A DNA stretch of 64,000 nt. It comes from Massalongia carnosa. Its lineage: Eukaryota. Shown here in pieces: positions 36,360 to 48,016 of the stretch (positions are counted from its first letter, which is position 1; every line of letters starts with the position of its first letter). A program made the position numbers and the translations under genes. The stretch lies in NCBI GenBank assembly GCA_965645245.1, contig OZ287067.1, positions 2,232,001 to 2,296,000 on the forward strand. Direction: 5' to 3'. The notes beneath the pieces were generated by a model that was given only the letters and a program-made list of their open reading frames with translations, had not been told where the DNA came from and searched no databases.

Positions 36360-38623
36360 GATGCTGGGGGAAGCACTGGTGAAAGAGAATCTAAATGGCG
36401 GCCGATGTCTTCATCAAGAAGGGGTCGCTGAAGCGGTTACGATCGAATTGATAAAACCCTCACAAAGCACTAAAGACAAATTGACAACCGTTGGCATATG
36501 TAGATCCTGACCGCGATCATATCTTTTCCTTGTAAAAAGCAGAGACGAAATGCCAAGGGCGGGATGGAAGCCGAACGACTGTTTCAACTGGGAAAAGATT
36601 CTAGAACGAGCGACCGGCGACGGTGACGCCTCCAGCGTGAGCCTGCGCTAGATGAGATGCACACCGTCCCTTGGGTCAAGAGCGTTAATGGAGATTGAGG
36701 ATGATGGTGGAATGTTCAGGTAAAATGCAATGGGCCGAGGGATGCGGGCTTGCGGCTCTTTTCGAGATCTTATCAACGGGTGTTCCACTAAGATAGTGCC
36801 CGCAGGTGGATCACGCAACCGTGTGGGCGGAGCTGACAAGTGGAAAGCCCAATAATTTTTTGAAACGGCTTTCCCGGAGTTTGGCTTTTTGGGGAGGGGG
36901 AAGGAAGGGGAGAGGGGGGTTGGCACGCTGAGTGGGGTCGAAAAACAAGCAAGTGCGGTACTCGGGGCTGCCTGGCTTGCTTCACCAGGTACAGTTTCCT
37001 AGGTTCACATCCACACGTCGCAAGGTTCGATAGGAAGGAAACACTTTTCGGCACGTAAGGAATTCCGAGCAGGGAGAACGATAATATGGGAATGATTCTA
37101 AGAGAGAACGAGACAGTAGCAGTGTGTAACGAGCGAGGCGATGAATTAAGAAGTACAGAGGTCGGAGAGAGGAAATGAGTCCGAGAGAAAGTGAGAGAGC
37201 AAGCAAGCGAACGAACGGAAGGAAAACGAGACGCAAAGACCTTGGGACTTTTCTTTCTAGGGCTTGGCTGAGCTTTAAGGTTCTTGCTGCTTACGTACGA
37301 GAAAGAGTGTGCCTTTGGGCACTGGGACAAGGGTAGTTACTCTGTATCTATACGGAGTACTCTATACGGAGTACTCTGTACAGATCAGAGCAAGGCGAGG
37401 TTAAAGTTACTTGAATGCAATAAAATACCGAGAAGCTACCTGCCCAACTACCGATGAGCTACCTACCGATCCGAGTCCCTCTCCCTGTAACGTACGAGTA
37501 GGTGCCCCTAAAGTACAGAGTATTCTGTCGGTACAAAGTACACGGAGTACATACTGTGTACTTCGTACCTCTCGAGAATACCAGACTAGTTAAGTGGTTC
37601 TCGGTAGAACCCGAGCTCCGCTGCAAGGCAAGGCAATCTAACCACTCTGGGAAGGAAAAATGAAAAAGGTCGTCACTCGCCACGCCATTCGTCAGTCCAA
37701 TATTGCCCCGTCGTCCCTCATGACCTGACCTCGCCAAATCGAACAAGTTGGCTAGTGACCCCAAGTTGCGTGTGCCCAATTAAGCTCTCCCCGAACGTAT
37801 AAGGTCAAAACTGTTTAGAGACAGAATAACTAGTGCCTTCCAGAATCCAGAGAGGGGCAGGGATAGTTGACGCCAAAAAAAAACTCAGGAAGCATAGGTA
37901 CCTCCCCAATGATCCAACATGAAATTATTCCCCATGCGCCGCTTCTGTGAGCTCTTTCATGTTCGCTGGGTTTAGGGGAAATCTCCCCATGCAGAATACC
38001 GATTTCGTGCATACACCCGCTTCCAAATGAAGGGATCGCACCCCCCATTCGAGAACGAGAGGGTCGGTATCGAAACCGTTGAAGCAATTTGCTGCGTGCT
38101 CATTGCGTAAGGTGGTCATTGCTTAAACTCAGGAGTCGAGCGGAAAGCACACCGCGTGCAAGCCGCATGAGCTCGTCGACTCGCCATGACAGAGTACTGC
38201 ATCATGTATTTGCAAGACAGGAGCTAGCTCTCTTGAGCACGAGTCACGGTGCGAATGACTCGTTACTGCATATTGGACAGGCTTATGTTTTCGTGGCGCA
38301 AGTATAATGATGAGTAACGTAATCTTGGATACCTATCCTTCAGGAAAAACGAGTCTGTTGTTCAGAGGAGCTCTATCTAACTCATGCGACATCGAGGGGA
38401 ACGCCAGCATGACAAAGAACGGACCATACCAAAATCGTAACTAAAGTCTTAGGGCATAAAACATAAACTTCCGATGAACGAAGCATTGCAGAAAGTTTCC
38501 AAAACCAGTAGAGTTCCCCAAATTGCGGCCAGTTGTACCAGCACCCTAAACGTTCTTATTCATCATGAGGCCTAAATCCTAATGCTGGACGAGCTGGTTC
38601 AGTTTGGAAGATCCGGAAACCGG

Positions 38624-39754
38624 TTACATCTCATAGGGGGATGGGACTGCCCGCCATTTGTCACTATCTTGTAGCCTCCTCTGACGATATTCCCCAAAGA
38701 ATATGTGGAAACCCCATTCCGACGCTAGGGCCCTGAACCGCATCTGGCCATCCTCCTGACTATCAGCCCTAATGGCGGCAATCGCAGCCTCTAAGGAGAA
38801 AGCAGGCTGAACCCTCCACAACAGAACGCGCAGAAAGCCTCCATGTGCTCGGAGAGTAAGACTATACCATCACACTGCACAACCATTTCGCTACCAATGC
38901 CTCCAATCCACTCCTGTGGAGGGATGCCCCAATTGTCAGAGTACCTGTTGGCAGAGCGTTGCAAGATGGATACGAGCGGATTCTCGGCGGTAGATGTGTC
39001 GGACCCTGGTCCATAGCGATGCATCTTGATTGGAACACCAACGAGGTTGGGAATAGGGCATTCCATTGCCTCGGAAAAGATGGGATGCGTCTTCAGGACG
39101 TGGACAGGTACATATTGCTCCACGCCGAGAGTCTTGATGTCGCCTAGACAGTTGATGCGAATTCCCCAAACCTTTCCGAGGCCATCGTGTATGCTTTGAA
39201 GTTGATACATGTTGATGGCGTGGATTATAAAGAAATATGCTACCTCTTTCAGGTCACTTAAATCTATCTGATCCTCTAGCGACGTCCGCATAGTGACCAT
39301 GGCCCACACACGCCAGCTATTTGCCTCTGCAACTGCAAAAATCGGCGACGTAATCGAGTGGACGCTTTTACTAACCTCTAAAGACTCCAACATGTTCGGA
39401 AGTAAAACCATAAAAGGTCTTCGCCAAGGACCTAACCGAACATCATTGAATCCGTCAACGATGTTATGCTTTATGTTTCCTAATATGAGCACAAAATTTT
39501 GGTTATAATCTCTAGGCGTCGTTTTCAGCCATCGAAACCAGGGAAGAGGCTCGTGCGGAAGAAAGACAACTACCAGGATTGCACCAGCATGGTCTGGTTT
39601 AAAACGAAGGCAGTCCATGAATTTGCAGGCACAAAAATCTGTGGAACGGCCAGTCTGTACCCTTGCACCTAATTGAGCAGTAAGCCGCTGACCGTCACAT
39701 TGGACACCAGAAGGTAGCTAGTTCCAGGTATACTGTGCAAAGGGTACCTAACAT
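38624..39754 (-). pseudogene. zf-MYND-domain fungal protein, pseudogenised
   Basis: MLGTLCTVYLELATFWCPM*RSAAYCSIRCKGTDWPFHRFLC is a damaged MYND finger with TGA at 39697-39695. It frameshifts into the 275-aa ORF (GIRINCLGD, HPIF, W..GIGS..VV..D...L..EHMEAFCAFC) and again near 38820 into a C-terminus ending W..VPSPYEM. Confidence 0.75.
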
Positions 39755-40503
39755 GGTAGCCGGGACACTTGATCCATAAAGTGGCGTGGTACTATAAGCA
39801 TAGGGCAGCCTAGTTTGGTGAGATCCGCTTGCAACCTGGGAGAAGAACATCTTAAAATACTACCAGCTCAGCTATTTGAGGGATAATCACCCCTTTACTC
39901 GTTGCAAAGCCCACGAGGCCTGGACGAAATAACAACCAACTTGTGACGAGTTTTTTAACAAGAGAATCGAGCGTCGCTAATGATGCTAATGTAGTGCTTG
40001 ATAATTGATATAAATAAAACCGGCAAAATCAGGACATAAGATGAACGACTTGCGTGAGGTAAACCATGCAAGCTCACCTATTTGGTTAACTTCGTAAGAA
40101 GAAAGCGAAAGCTGAGAATCCGCTGACTTGGAGTTGGAAAAAACAAGGTATTGCTCGTTCCTGCTTGAACACGCGTTTATTAGGATACGCTTTAGCGGAG
40201 GAGTATCTCCTGCCTCGTTCTTGCCAAATGGCATCAGTGACTGTACAGTCTTTCCGTGCCAAATGTCTTATTTATCCAAATGGACGAGCAGGGAGAAGGT
40301 ATACACTGCGTAGATATTACATCTTTTTCATCTATCATCCTGTGACCTCCAAAGTTTGAATCTTCTTTGGTGTCCTCCAGAGACCTCTGCACGCCGAGCC
40401 GGGCGCTACAGACTTGACAAACGAGTCATTGAGCACATATTTGGGGATTGAATGATGGAAACTGGTCGCTTAAAGAACTATTTTCATAGGTTTGTAAACG
40501 TGT

Positions 40504-41391
40504 CTATTTGTTTGACGGTGCCTGTGTCTCAGCAGTATGTCGATCCCGAGCAAAATATTCCCACTGGCCTTCAGGCGCTTTTTCTTCGAGCTCTTCCCAG
40601 CTGATTGAGGGTCAGCATAGAGGCGAAGGTGGCCGATGGGCCGGGATTAAGATGCTTACACTTTTGACTCGATCATCGTATCCACCAATCTTAACTCGCC
40701 CTCAGCCACTTGGATCACCTCCTCTATTAAGCCTCCCCCGATCTGATTCTCCATTTCCATAATTCTGAATGACCTGCGTCAGCTTTCATCTCGGACGACG
40801 TTGAAGTAGGACCGGTGCATGCCCACAAAAGAAAATAGCGACATACTGTGATGCTTCTAGCGAGGGCTCCGGCTCCCACTGCGCCGCTTTTGGATTGATT
40901 CGACGTTTTGGCTTAAACAGCTCTTTTTGATAAGCCCTCTCCTCCCCGCTCCGGCTCCCTTCCAGTGTTCCAGCCGTAATTTCTTCCCCATCCCAATTGA
41001 CTTCCCGTTCGTCTTTTCCCGAGTCCTGCGGTACCGCAACAAAGACAGCGTTGTCGTGCCGCACCATTGGAAGAGGAGTCACCTCAGGATCCCCATAAAT
41101 CTCTTGGTATTTCTTAACCTGCTCCGCCGCCCGTTTGGACCACTCCGCGTAACCGGCCGGTTCAAAAGATTTCACAATCTGGTATCGATGCTTGGTGAGA
41201 GCCTCTGTAGATTGCCGATAGATGGAGTGTTCAGGGAGCTCTTTGAGCCGATCTAAGGTTATGTTGTATAAGTAGAGCAAAGTTGAGCGCGGAGCCGGAT
41301 GGGTGAAGAGACCGGTAAGACCAGTAGGATTCCCGGCTTCTAGAAATTGCCTAGGTCGAACGCTGGCTAATAGTCTTCTGGCAGCCCTCAT
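40504..41391 (-). CDS. NDUFA5: Complex I accessory subunit NDUFA5 (29.9 kDa subunit; 3 exons)
   Basis: MRAARRLLASV...PTGLTGLFTHPAPRSTLLYLY...LPEHSIYRQSTEALTKHR...Q|IMEMENQIGGGLIEEVIQVAEGEL...V|WEELEEKAPEGQWEYF. Confidence 0.93.
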
Positions 41392-41883
41392 CTCAACGGA
41401 ATGCCGTGCGCATTGAAAGAGTGATTGGCAGACGATGTGGATAGGTATGAGCCGTAGGGTTCGTAGATTCAGCACTCACCGCTAGCTTTAAATCCTTAGC
41501 CTATTACGGCAAGTGGTTCGCCACATTTGTGCAGCTACAAATAGATTAGGGGATTCTATGAGTATAAGAGGCGCATGTCAAGAAGTGAAAGTTAGCAACT
41601 ATCCCTAGAGCCGTTACAATCTCTCCTGTTACCTTCGGCGTCGGGGAGAACCTACTTGCAGGTGTTCAAATCAAACCATTTACTGTTGATCCTCAAGGGC
41701 AATGCCGCCTTGATAGCTAAAGATTTTTAGTTTCGAAGCCTCCATTTCTCTTCCGGGCCTCAACGACCATATAAATCTCTCTTTGGCCCTTGCCAACTAC
41801 TTTTCTATACTCATACGAGAGCTTCCTTTACAGTCTAAGCCATATTGTCCCTGCTTTGTACAATATTCGGTCACGCCCTCAGT

Positions 41884-44309
41884 ATGCGCTCGTTCACTCT
41901 AGACTACATAATTTTCGTCGTCCTAATTCGTTCTGCCTTTGCAATACCACACAATGCACAACATAAGCTGAACACGGCAGAGGATGTCTTATCAGAGGCC
42001 AGTGGAGGGTTAGTTGACTCAGGAACAAATAATGTAGCGTCCTCGGCTTCATCTACGGTGTTCAATGGGATCGACGTGCCCCCGATGAAAGAGTTGAATG
42101 GCACAGAATTTGACAAGGAAATTAAAGATGGTTATTGGTTTGTGATGTCCTTACGACTCTATTTGATTTTTTTTTCAGTATAAAGTAGGGATGATTCTGA
42201 TGTGTTATCTTCAGGTTCGTAAAGCACTACTCGCCCTACTGCCATCACTGCATAGCCATAGCGCCGGTATGGCAAACGCTGTACGAGTTTTACTACGTGA
42301 GCTCAAAAAAAATTCGGAATGTAGACCTGCGATTAACTTTTAGTAGACCTCAAAAACTGTAGCTGAAGGCTCAAAATCCTCAACGAAAACAACCTCGTTA
42401 AACTCGTTTCCTCGATACTACGACTTCCATTTCGCCTCGCTTGACTGTATTGCTTTTGGAGATGCTTGTAGCAATCATGAAGTTACCTCCTTTCCAACTT
42501 TCAGCTTGTACAAAGACTCTAAGCTAGTCAAAAAATTCGAGGGGCATAAGGATATGGCTGGTCTAAGTGCTTTTGTAGAGGAGACTCTGGAATCAATCCG
42601 CCCTGGGTCAAGACCAAAAGAAGGTGTGAAGGTGCCAGAGGTCGGGGCATCTTCTAACGGGGCAGAAACCGTCGATGATACTTCCACCAGGAAAAGCAAA
42701 AAGAAGGATGATGCTTCAGCCTCGAGAATCTTGGGGGTTGAATCCGTAGCTGGTGAGAATGGAACAGTTGCTGATGACACTATGTCATCGAAATCTAAAG
42801 TGAAGGCGACCAAGATTGGTAAAATACGCTCAAAACCAACCACATTACCCAATCCTGGAGGAAATTCTGTCCCACTGTCACAGGAAAGCTTCCAAAAGCT
42901 CGTCACCAATACGCAAGATCCCTGGTTTGTCAAATTCTACGCTCCATGGTGCCATCATTGCCAAGCGCTGGCACCGAACTGGCTTCAAATGTCCAAAGAG
43001 CTCCAAGGCAAGCTCAATGTTGGAGAAGTGAATTGCGATTCTGAGCCCAGGCTCTGCAAGGATGTCCGCGTAAAAGGGTACCCTACCATTCACTACTTCC
43101 GAGGCGGTGAACGTGTCGAGTATGATGGATTGAGAGGACTAGGTGATTTGGTTAGCTTTGCTAAGAAAGCGCTGGATATTGGCAGCGGCGTTTCCTATGT
43201 TGATGCGTCGGCTTTCAAAGAGTTGGAGACGACTGAAGAGGTTATTTTCCTTTACTTCTATGACCACGCGACAACTTCTGAAGACTTTGAAGCCTTGGAA
43301 CGGTTAACCCTGAGTCTGATCGGTCACGCAAAAATCGTTAAGACTGACAGCGCCGTTCTAGCCGATAGATTTAAGATTTCAACCTGGCCCCGATTACTTG
43401 TATCACGAGACGGCAGACCAAGTTACTACACTGCTTTATCACCCAAGGATATGCGCGATTTCCGACAGGTGCTCAACTGGATGCAATCGGTCTGGCTCCC
43501 CATAGTCCCCGAACTCACGGCCTCAAATTCTCGCGAGATCATGCGCGGCAAGCTCGTCATATTAGGAATCCTATCTCGCGATCGGCCCGACGAGTTTGTC
43601 ACCGATAAGCGCGAAATCAAGAATGCAGCATTGGACTGGATGGAGAAGCAAACCCACGCCTTCCAGCTCGAGAGACAGGAGTTGAGAGACGCGAAGCAAA
43701 ATCGGCTCGAGGAGGCGGAAGACAAGGGCGACCAGAGAGCGCTGCGAGCGGCCAAGAGCATTCAGATCGATATTAGCGAGCAGGATCGAAAGCAGGTAGG
43801 GTTCGCTTGGGTGGATGGTGTTTTCTGGGAACGATGGATCAGGACTACGTATGGGATCGAAGTTCGTAATGGGGAGAGAGTCATAATCAACGACGAGGAC
43901 GTAAGCGAAACCCTATGCCTTTTCCCTCCTACCGTTCCTCTCCTTCCGCCCATCCACTAACCCCCCACGACAGAATCACCGCTACTGGGACCTTACCGAA
44001 TCTGGCGCGCCCATCGTCCCCAGCCGCACCGCCATCCTCGAGACCCTCCCCAAAGTCATCGCCAACCCGCCCAAGATCGCCGCCAAATCCAGCTCCGGCG
44101 CTCTGCAACAAGCCTTTTTCCAAGCACGAGGTGCCTCGACCAGCCATCCGTTCATGACCATGGCGTTATTGATCGCCATATGCATCGGCGTCGCGGTGTG
44201 GGGGAGGGGGAGATTACGGAAGGCCAAGGGGGGCCCCAGTGGGTTCTTTCAGCTGGATGGGAAGGAGGGCTTGTTGAATGGTGGGGGGGCTTATGGGAAG
44301 GCGGATTGA
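41884..44309 (+). CDS. ER membrane thioredoxin/PDI-family protein (Eps1-like; exons 41884-42137, 42215-42296, 42347-43900, 43974-44309)
   Basis: Signal peptide, two Trx sites (WFVKHYSPYCHHC; WFVKFYAPWCHHC), GYPT, C-terminal TM helix (MALLIAICIGVAVW) and tail ending GKAD. Confidence 0.9.
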
Positions 44310-44819
44310 GAGGGGGGGTAGGTTTTGGTTTTTGGGGGTGTCCGGTTCTTCGGGATAGCCAGGGGCGCTTTTGGGAATTGGGTTGGTTGACTGCTTGGTT
44401 CTAATCTATCATTCTCATTACAGTATTTTATCAAAATCTTGTATCGCCACCGAGTTCTTTGGCGAAAAATCGATCCTCGAGCCCGCCTCAGTGGGCTGAC
44501 TGGCTGCAGCGCCTTGAGCATAGATAGATCTATCGGAATAAAATACTTAATGGGCGCAAAGCTCGCAACCCCCGCAAAATGGTGAAAGATTGGTAGATGC
44601 TGTTAATAAAATCAGCATATACAACGACCAGGATTGTGTTCGCATCTATCCTATAAAAAATCTTCCCGGTGCAGAGTTGGCCCTTGGCTCCAACCCCTCC
44701 AACCCCCGGAACGTACCCCCGACGAATCGACGCTTCAGTGCTCTCTCTCTCGCTTTCTTACATACATATATCATTTAATCCACTCACACCTCCCCCCTCC
44801 CCATTCTCGAACAAGGATT

Positions 44820-45835
44820 CTAGAACGGCTGGAAAACGCAAGCACGAGAACGGGTTAGCCTTCTTGTTGAAATTCTCTCGTTTGAGGGAATGCCTCATGG
44901 GTCTTTAAGGTAGAGAGCTAGAGAGCTGGATAGGAAAAGAAGAAGAGGGGTAGAGAAGCGTAACAAAGAGGAGGAAGGGACAGGGGGTGCCAAAAACTCA
45001 CATTGTCGCTCGGCGGGATGTCTCTCCGAAAGTGATCTCCTATCAAGGGTAGTTTCTATATAGTCCAATCCATCTCGTTAGCTCATCTCCCTTCCAAACC
45101 CAATCTTCCAGGCTTAAAGGTAGTATTCATCCCCCTTATTGCCATCCATGGAGAAGTCAAGCAGGCAGACGAGAAAAAAGTGCGAGTAGCAGCCCACCCA
45201 AACCAGGACACTTTCTCAGCACGAAGGTGCCCAGAATCCCTAAGGGGTTTTTTTGCACCTAGGAGGGGAGCAGAACGGGAAGACGAACCTGCATGATATC
45301 CTTACGCACTTTGGGCACTTCGGAGAAGAAGAAGAGCGCGAATATACCGGCCACGGCGCCAAATGAGGCGGCTGTGACTCCACTGCGAGAAAGGGGAAGC
45401 GTAAGGTTTTGTCCAGGTTGGGGATTTGCTGTTGGGGGGGGAAGGGGCGGGAAGACAAGGAAGGGTTACAATTTTAAGGCGCGACCTGGGGCGATCCCGT
45501 GGAAATTAGGTTGGATTTTGTAGCTGTTGTGACGCTCTGGTTAGCTGTCTCTTGGTTCTTGGCTTTCTGTCTGGCTCTTTTTATCTGGAGAGGACTGGTA
45601 CGATGGGGCGGAGGGATCGAAAAAGGGAGGAAAGAGGGCGAGGAAGAACGAAGACCAAAAAAAATAATTTCAAGGCGAACCTAGGACCATAAGGCGACTT
45701 GTAGGTTTTGTAGTCAGGCTGTTGGCTCCAGGGCTGGACGCCATGTTGGCCTTGGACCTGTGGTTGACGCGTGGACGGGTTAGTGTTGGCTTTATAGAAG
45801 TAGAGGAGGGTGAGAGGAGAGGGGAGATAGACCAT
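44820..45835 (-). CDS. QCR10: Cytochrome bc1 complex subunit 10 (6 exons: 45835-45833, 45757-45681, 45523-45470, 45382-45289, 45055-45002, 44828-44820)
   Basis: 96-aa spliced product M|VQG...YKSPYGPS|YKIQPNFHGI...F|GVTAASFGAVAGIFALFFFSEVPKVRKDIMQ|KLPLIGDHFRRDIPPSDN|PF; all introns are GT-AG and preserve frame. Confidence 0.9.
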
Positions 45836-46031
45836 TTTGGGAGGGCGGATGAAGGTAATTGGGACGAGGATTGGAGATTTTGGGAGAAGGGGAAGGTTGA
45901 TGTGGTGGTGGTGTTGATGCGCGATGAATTCGATTTGATGACGACGCTTAGTCAGCAGAATTTTGAATTGTTTTTCGGCACATCAGACTCTACGAGCTCT
46001 CTAAGCCCCTCCGGATTAGCCTATCTTGCTA

Positions 46032-47372
46032 AGTTCAAGGTTGGGTGACATTTTGGTCCGTGCCCCCCCATAATTTTGAAAAACAGTCACAGAACATCAA
46101 AAAAACACAGACATTTTCTTCATTTCTATCATTTGGTTGCGTTACCTTCTCTGTCTTTACATTGCTTTATACGAGAAGGCATTGTAGTTACCAGATTGTC
46201 AATTTTCTCCTGTTTTACCTCGTTCCATTCGTGATGAACGGCCTTCTTTATGTCATTCAGAGTGGTGATAATCTTTTCATAACTTTCGATTCGTTGTTTG
46301 ATTATCCTCCAAACATTCTCGATTATGTTGAATCTGGTGAGCATGAAGGCCATGCACCATCGTTAAACAATGAAATTCTGAATGAATCTTTCAGTTGTGA
46401 AAGATTTCGCTTTCCAAACCCCAAACCATGAGCTCGATTTTCATCCTCCTGAAAGAGAATTTCACCGAACTCTCGGGCATGAAGAGAATGCTCGATGCGT
46501 TCATAAGAAGAAATATATTTTACCTTCCTGAAAGTACGGAGAAACAACCGATAATAGCACCTGTTTTATATAGTCTTCTTTGATCATTCCCTCTGGCTCC
46601 GAAAAGATTCTGCAAAAACATCAGTTTTGATTTATATCCCCATCCCACCATTTCCCATACTGAAAAAGACGTTCAACCACTCCGAAAACGAGTCTGAATG
46701 CAATCAAGACAGTACCGTTCACCTGTCTTGCGAAGAATTTGATCCTTCTTGTGTTTGCCCGTGTAAAACGTGCTCTCATCACTGAATCGAACTCGTTTCC
46801 AAGCATGCGTCCAATTCTCGAACTTTATAGAGAAAGCGAGTCGAACTTTTCGATTCTTTTCATTAATCAAAGGTTTCGGACATGCTGTGCATTTGCGATA
46901 GCCCAACTGAGCTAAACGTCGTGCAAGAGTTCGAGGATGAATTGATAAATTGTGACGTTTGCATAAATGAGCAAATGACAAACAGCTTCCGGGATATTTC
47001 TCCTTAAGCACCCAATTGAGCACCTTTTTGATTTCCCAATCGGAGACTTTTCGTGCTTTTCCAGTCCGTTCAACACCTTTTCTCCTGACTGTGTGCCCAA
47101 CATCGCGCTGTTTTCGCCATTTGCGGAGAGTGTCCCGATGCACCCCTGTTGGCAGCATGAATTTTATGCAGTGATTGTCCTGCATCCATGCGACCGTAGC
47201 ACTGATTTTTGGTTGGTGTATCCCATTCTAAATCATGATAACCACCTCGTTTACGAGTACTTCGAGAACTGCGTGTAATGGCCATGTGATTGATGAATAA
47301 TTAATGAAAAGTGGTGGTGGAAGGGGCAGTTTTTCGAAATTATAGGGGGACCAATGTCACCCAACTTCGAAG
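46032..47372 (-). mobile_element. Tc1/mariner-superfamily DNA transposon, decayed
   Basis: Imperfect TIRs (ttcaaggttgggtgacatt...ataattttgaaaaac versus reverse complement ttcgaagttgggtgacatt...ataatttcgaaaaac) with flanking TA; transposase remnants inside. Confidence 0.85.
46129..47285 (-). pseudogene. Tc1-like DDE transposase with frameshifts and stops
   Basis: EWDTPTKNQ..., HTH segment IHPRTLARRLAQLGY, KPLINEKNRKVRLAF, WKRVRFSDES, FQEDENRAHG, WPSCSPD/NIIENVW, IDNLVTTMPSRIKQCKDREGNATK, split over several frames. Confidence 0.88.
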
Positions 47373-48016
47373 TAGCGTCTCAGCTGACTAACGTGGCTGA
47401 AATATGTTGACCCGTTAACCCGAAGGGCTTAAGTTAACATTCAGTAAGGCTAACCCGAATGGAGTTAGCCAGGCACATCTGAGGCAATTTCATGTAGCTT
47501 TGCGCTGTGTGGAAAACATCTCATCGCTGGCGATATAAATTGTCACGTTAAGCTGGGATATGGGTTATGAAGGTTCCTTTATATTTTGATAGCTATGGAT
47601 ATGTGCTGTTCTTTGGTTACGTAGATGCTTAGATCCGGTTGTTGGCGTCTTACGGCTATTTCTCCTTTCATTGAATAGTTGCGTAGATTTTATATTAGTT
47701 AAAAGCCCATACGTATTTTTTCTTTTCTTTAGAAAACGGTTGAATTCAATACTCGATCGCTAATCGACAACAGCTAAGCTAACATTTTCTTGCGGTGCCC
47801 TTCCATGCCTGCATGAATGAGAATATGAAACCAAAAAGAAGAAAAAGATAACAAAACCGCAACAAAACTCCGAGGTGTAGCAAGCCAGCGTGCATAAAAG
47901 GGACAAAAGAGGCAGACGACCTGCGTCCGTGATATGGCTAGCTCCTTCTCATTGCCGTGTTGAGAAGCCTTTGGAAAAATTCTTGCAAACCATTCGCATC
48001 CGATGGTTGGAATCGT

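Noticed and set aside
36400..38400. Coding ORFs upstream of the C2H2 factor (e.g. 36788-37330)
   Set aside because: Pyrimidine-rich leader or promoter-like sequence with non-ATG starts and no recognisable domains.
39695..39697. In-frame TGA at a zinc-ligand Cys position, suggesting selenocysteine or recoding
   Set aside because: The same gene has two frameshifts and another lost Cys, all other genes here use TGA as stop, and Dikarya are not known to have Sec machinery.
24431..45835. Functional cluster of mitochondrial genes (MRPL4, DHODH, NDUFA5, QCR10, all minus strand)
   Set aside because: They are interspersed with unrelated genes, and I found no convincing shared promoter or 3' UTR motif; plausible by chance.
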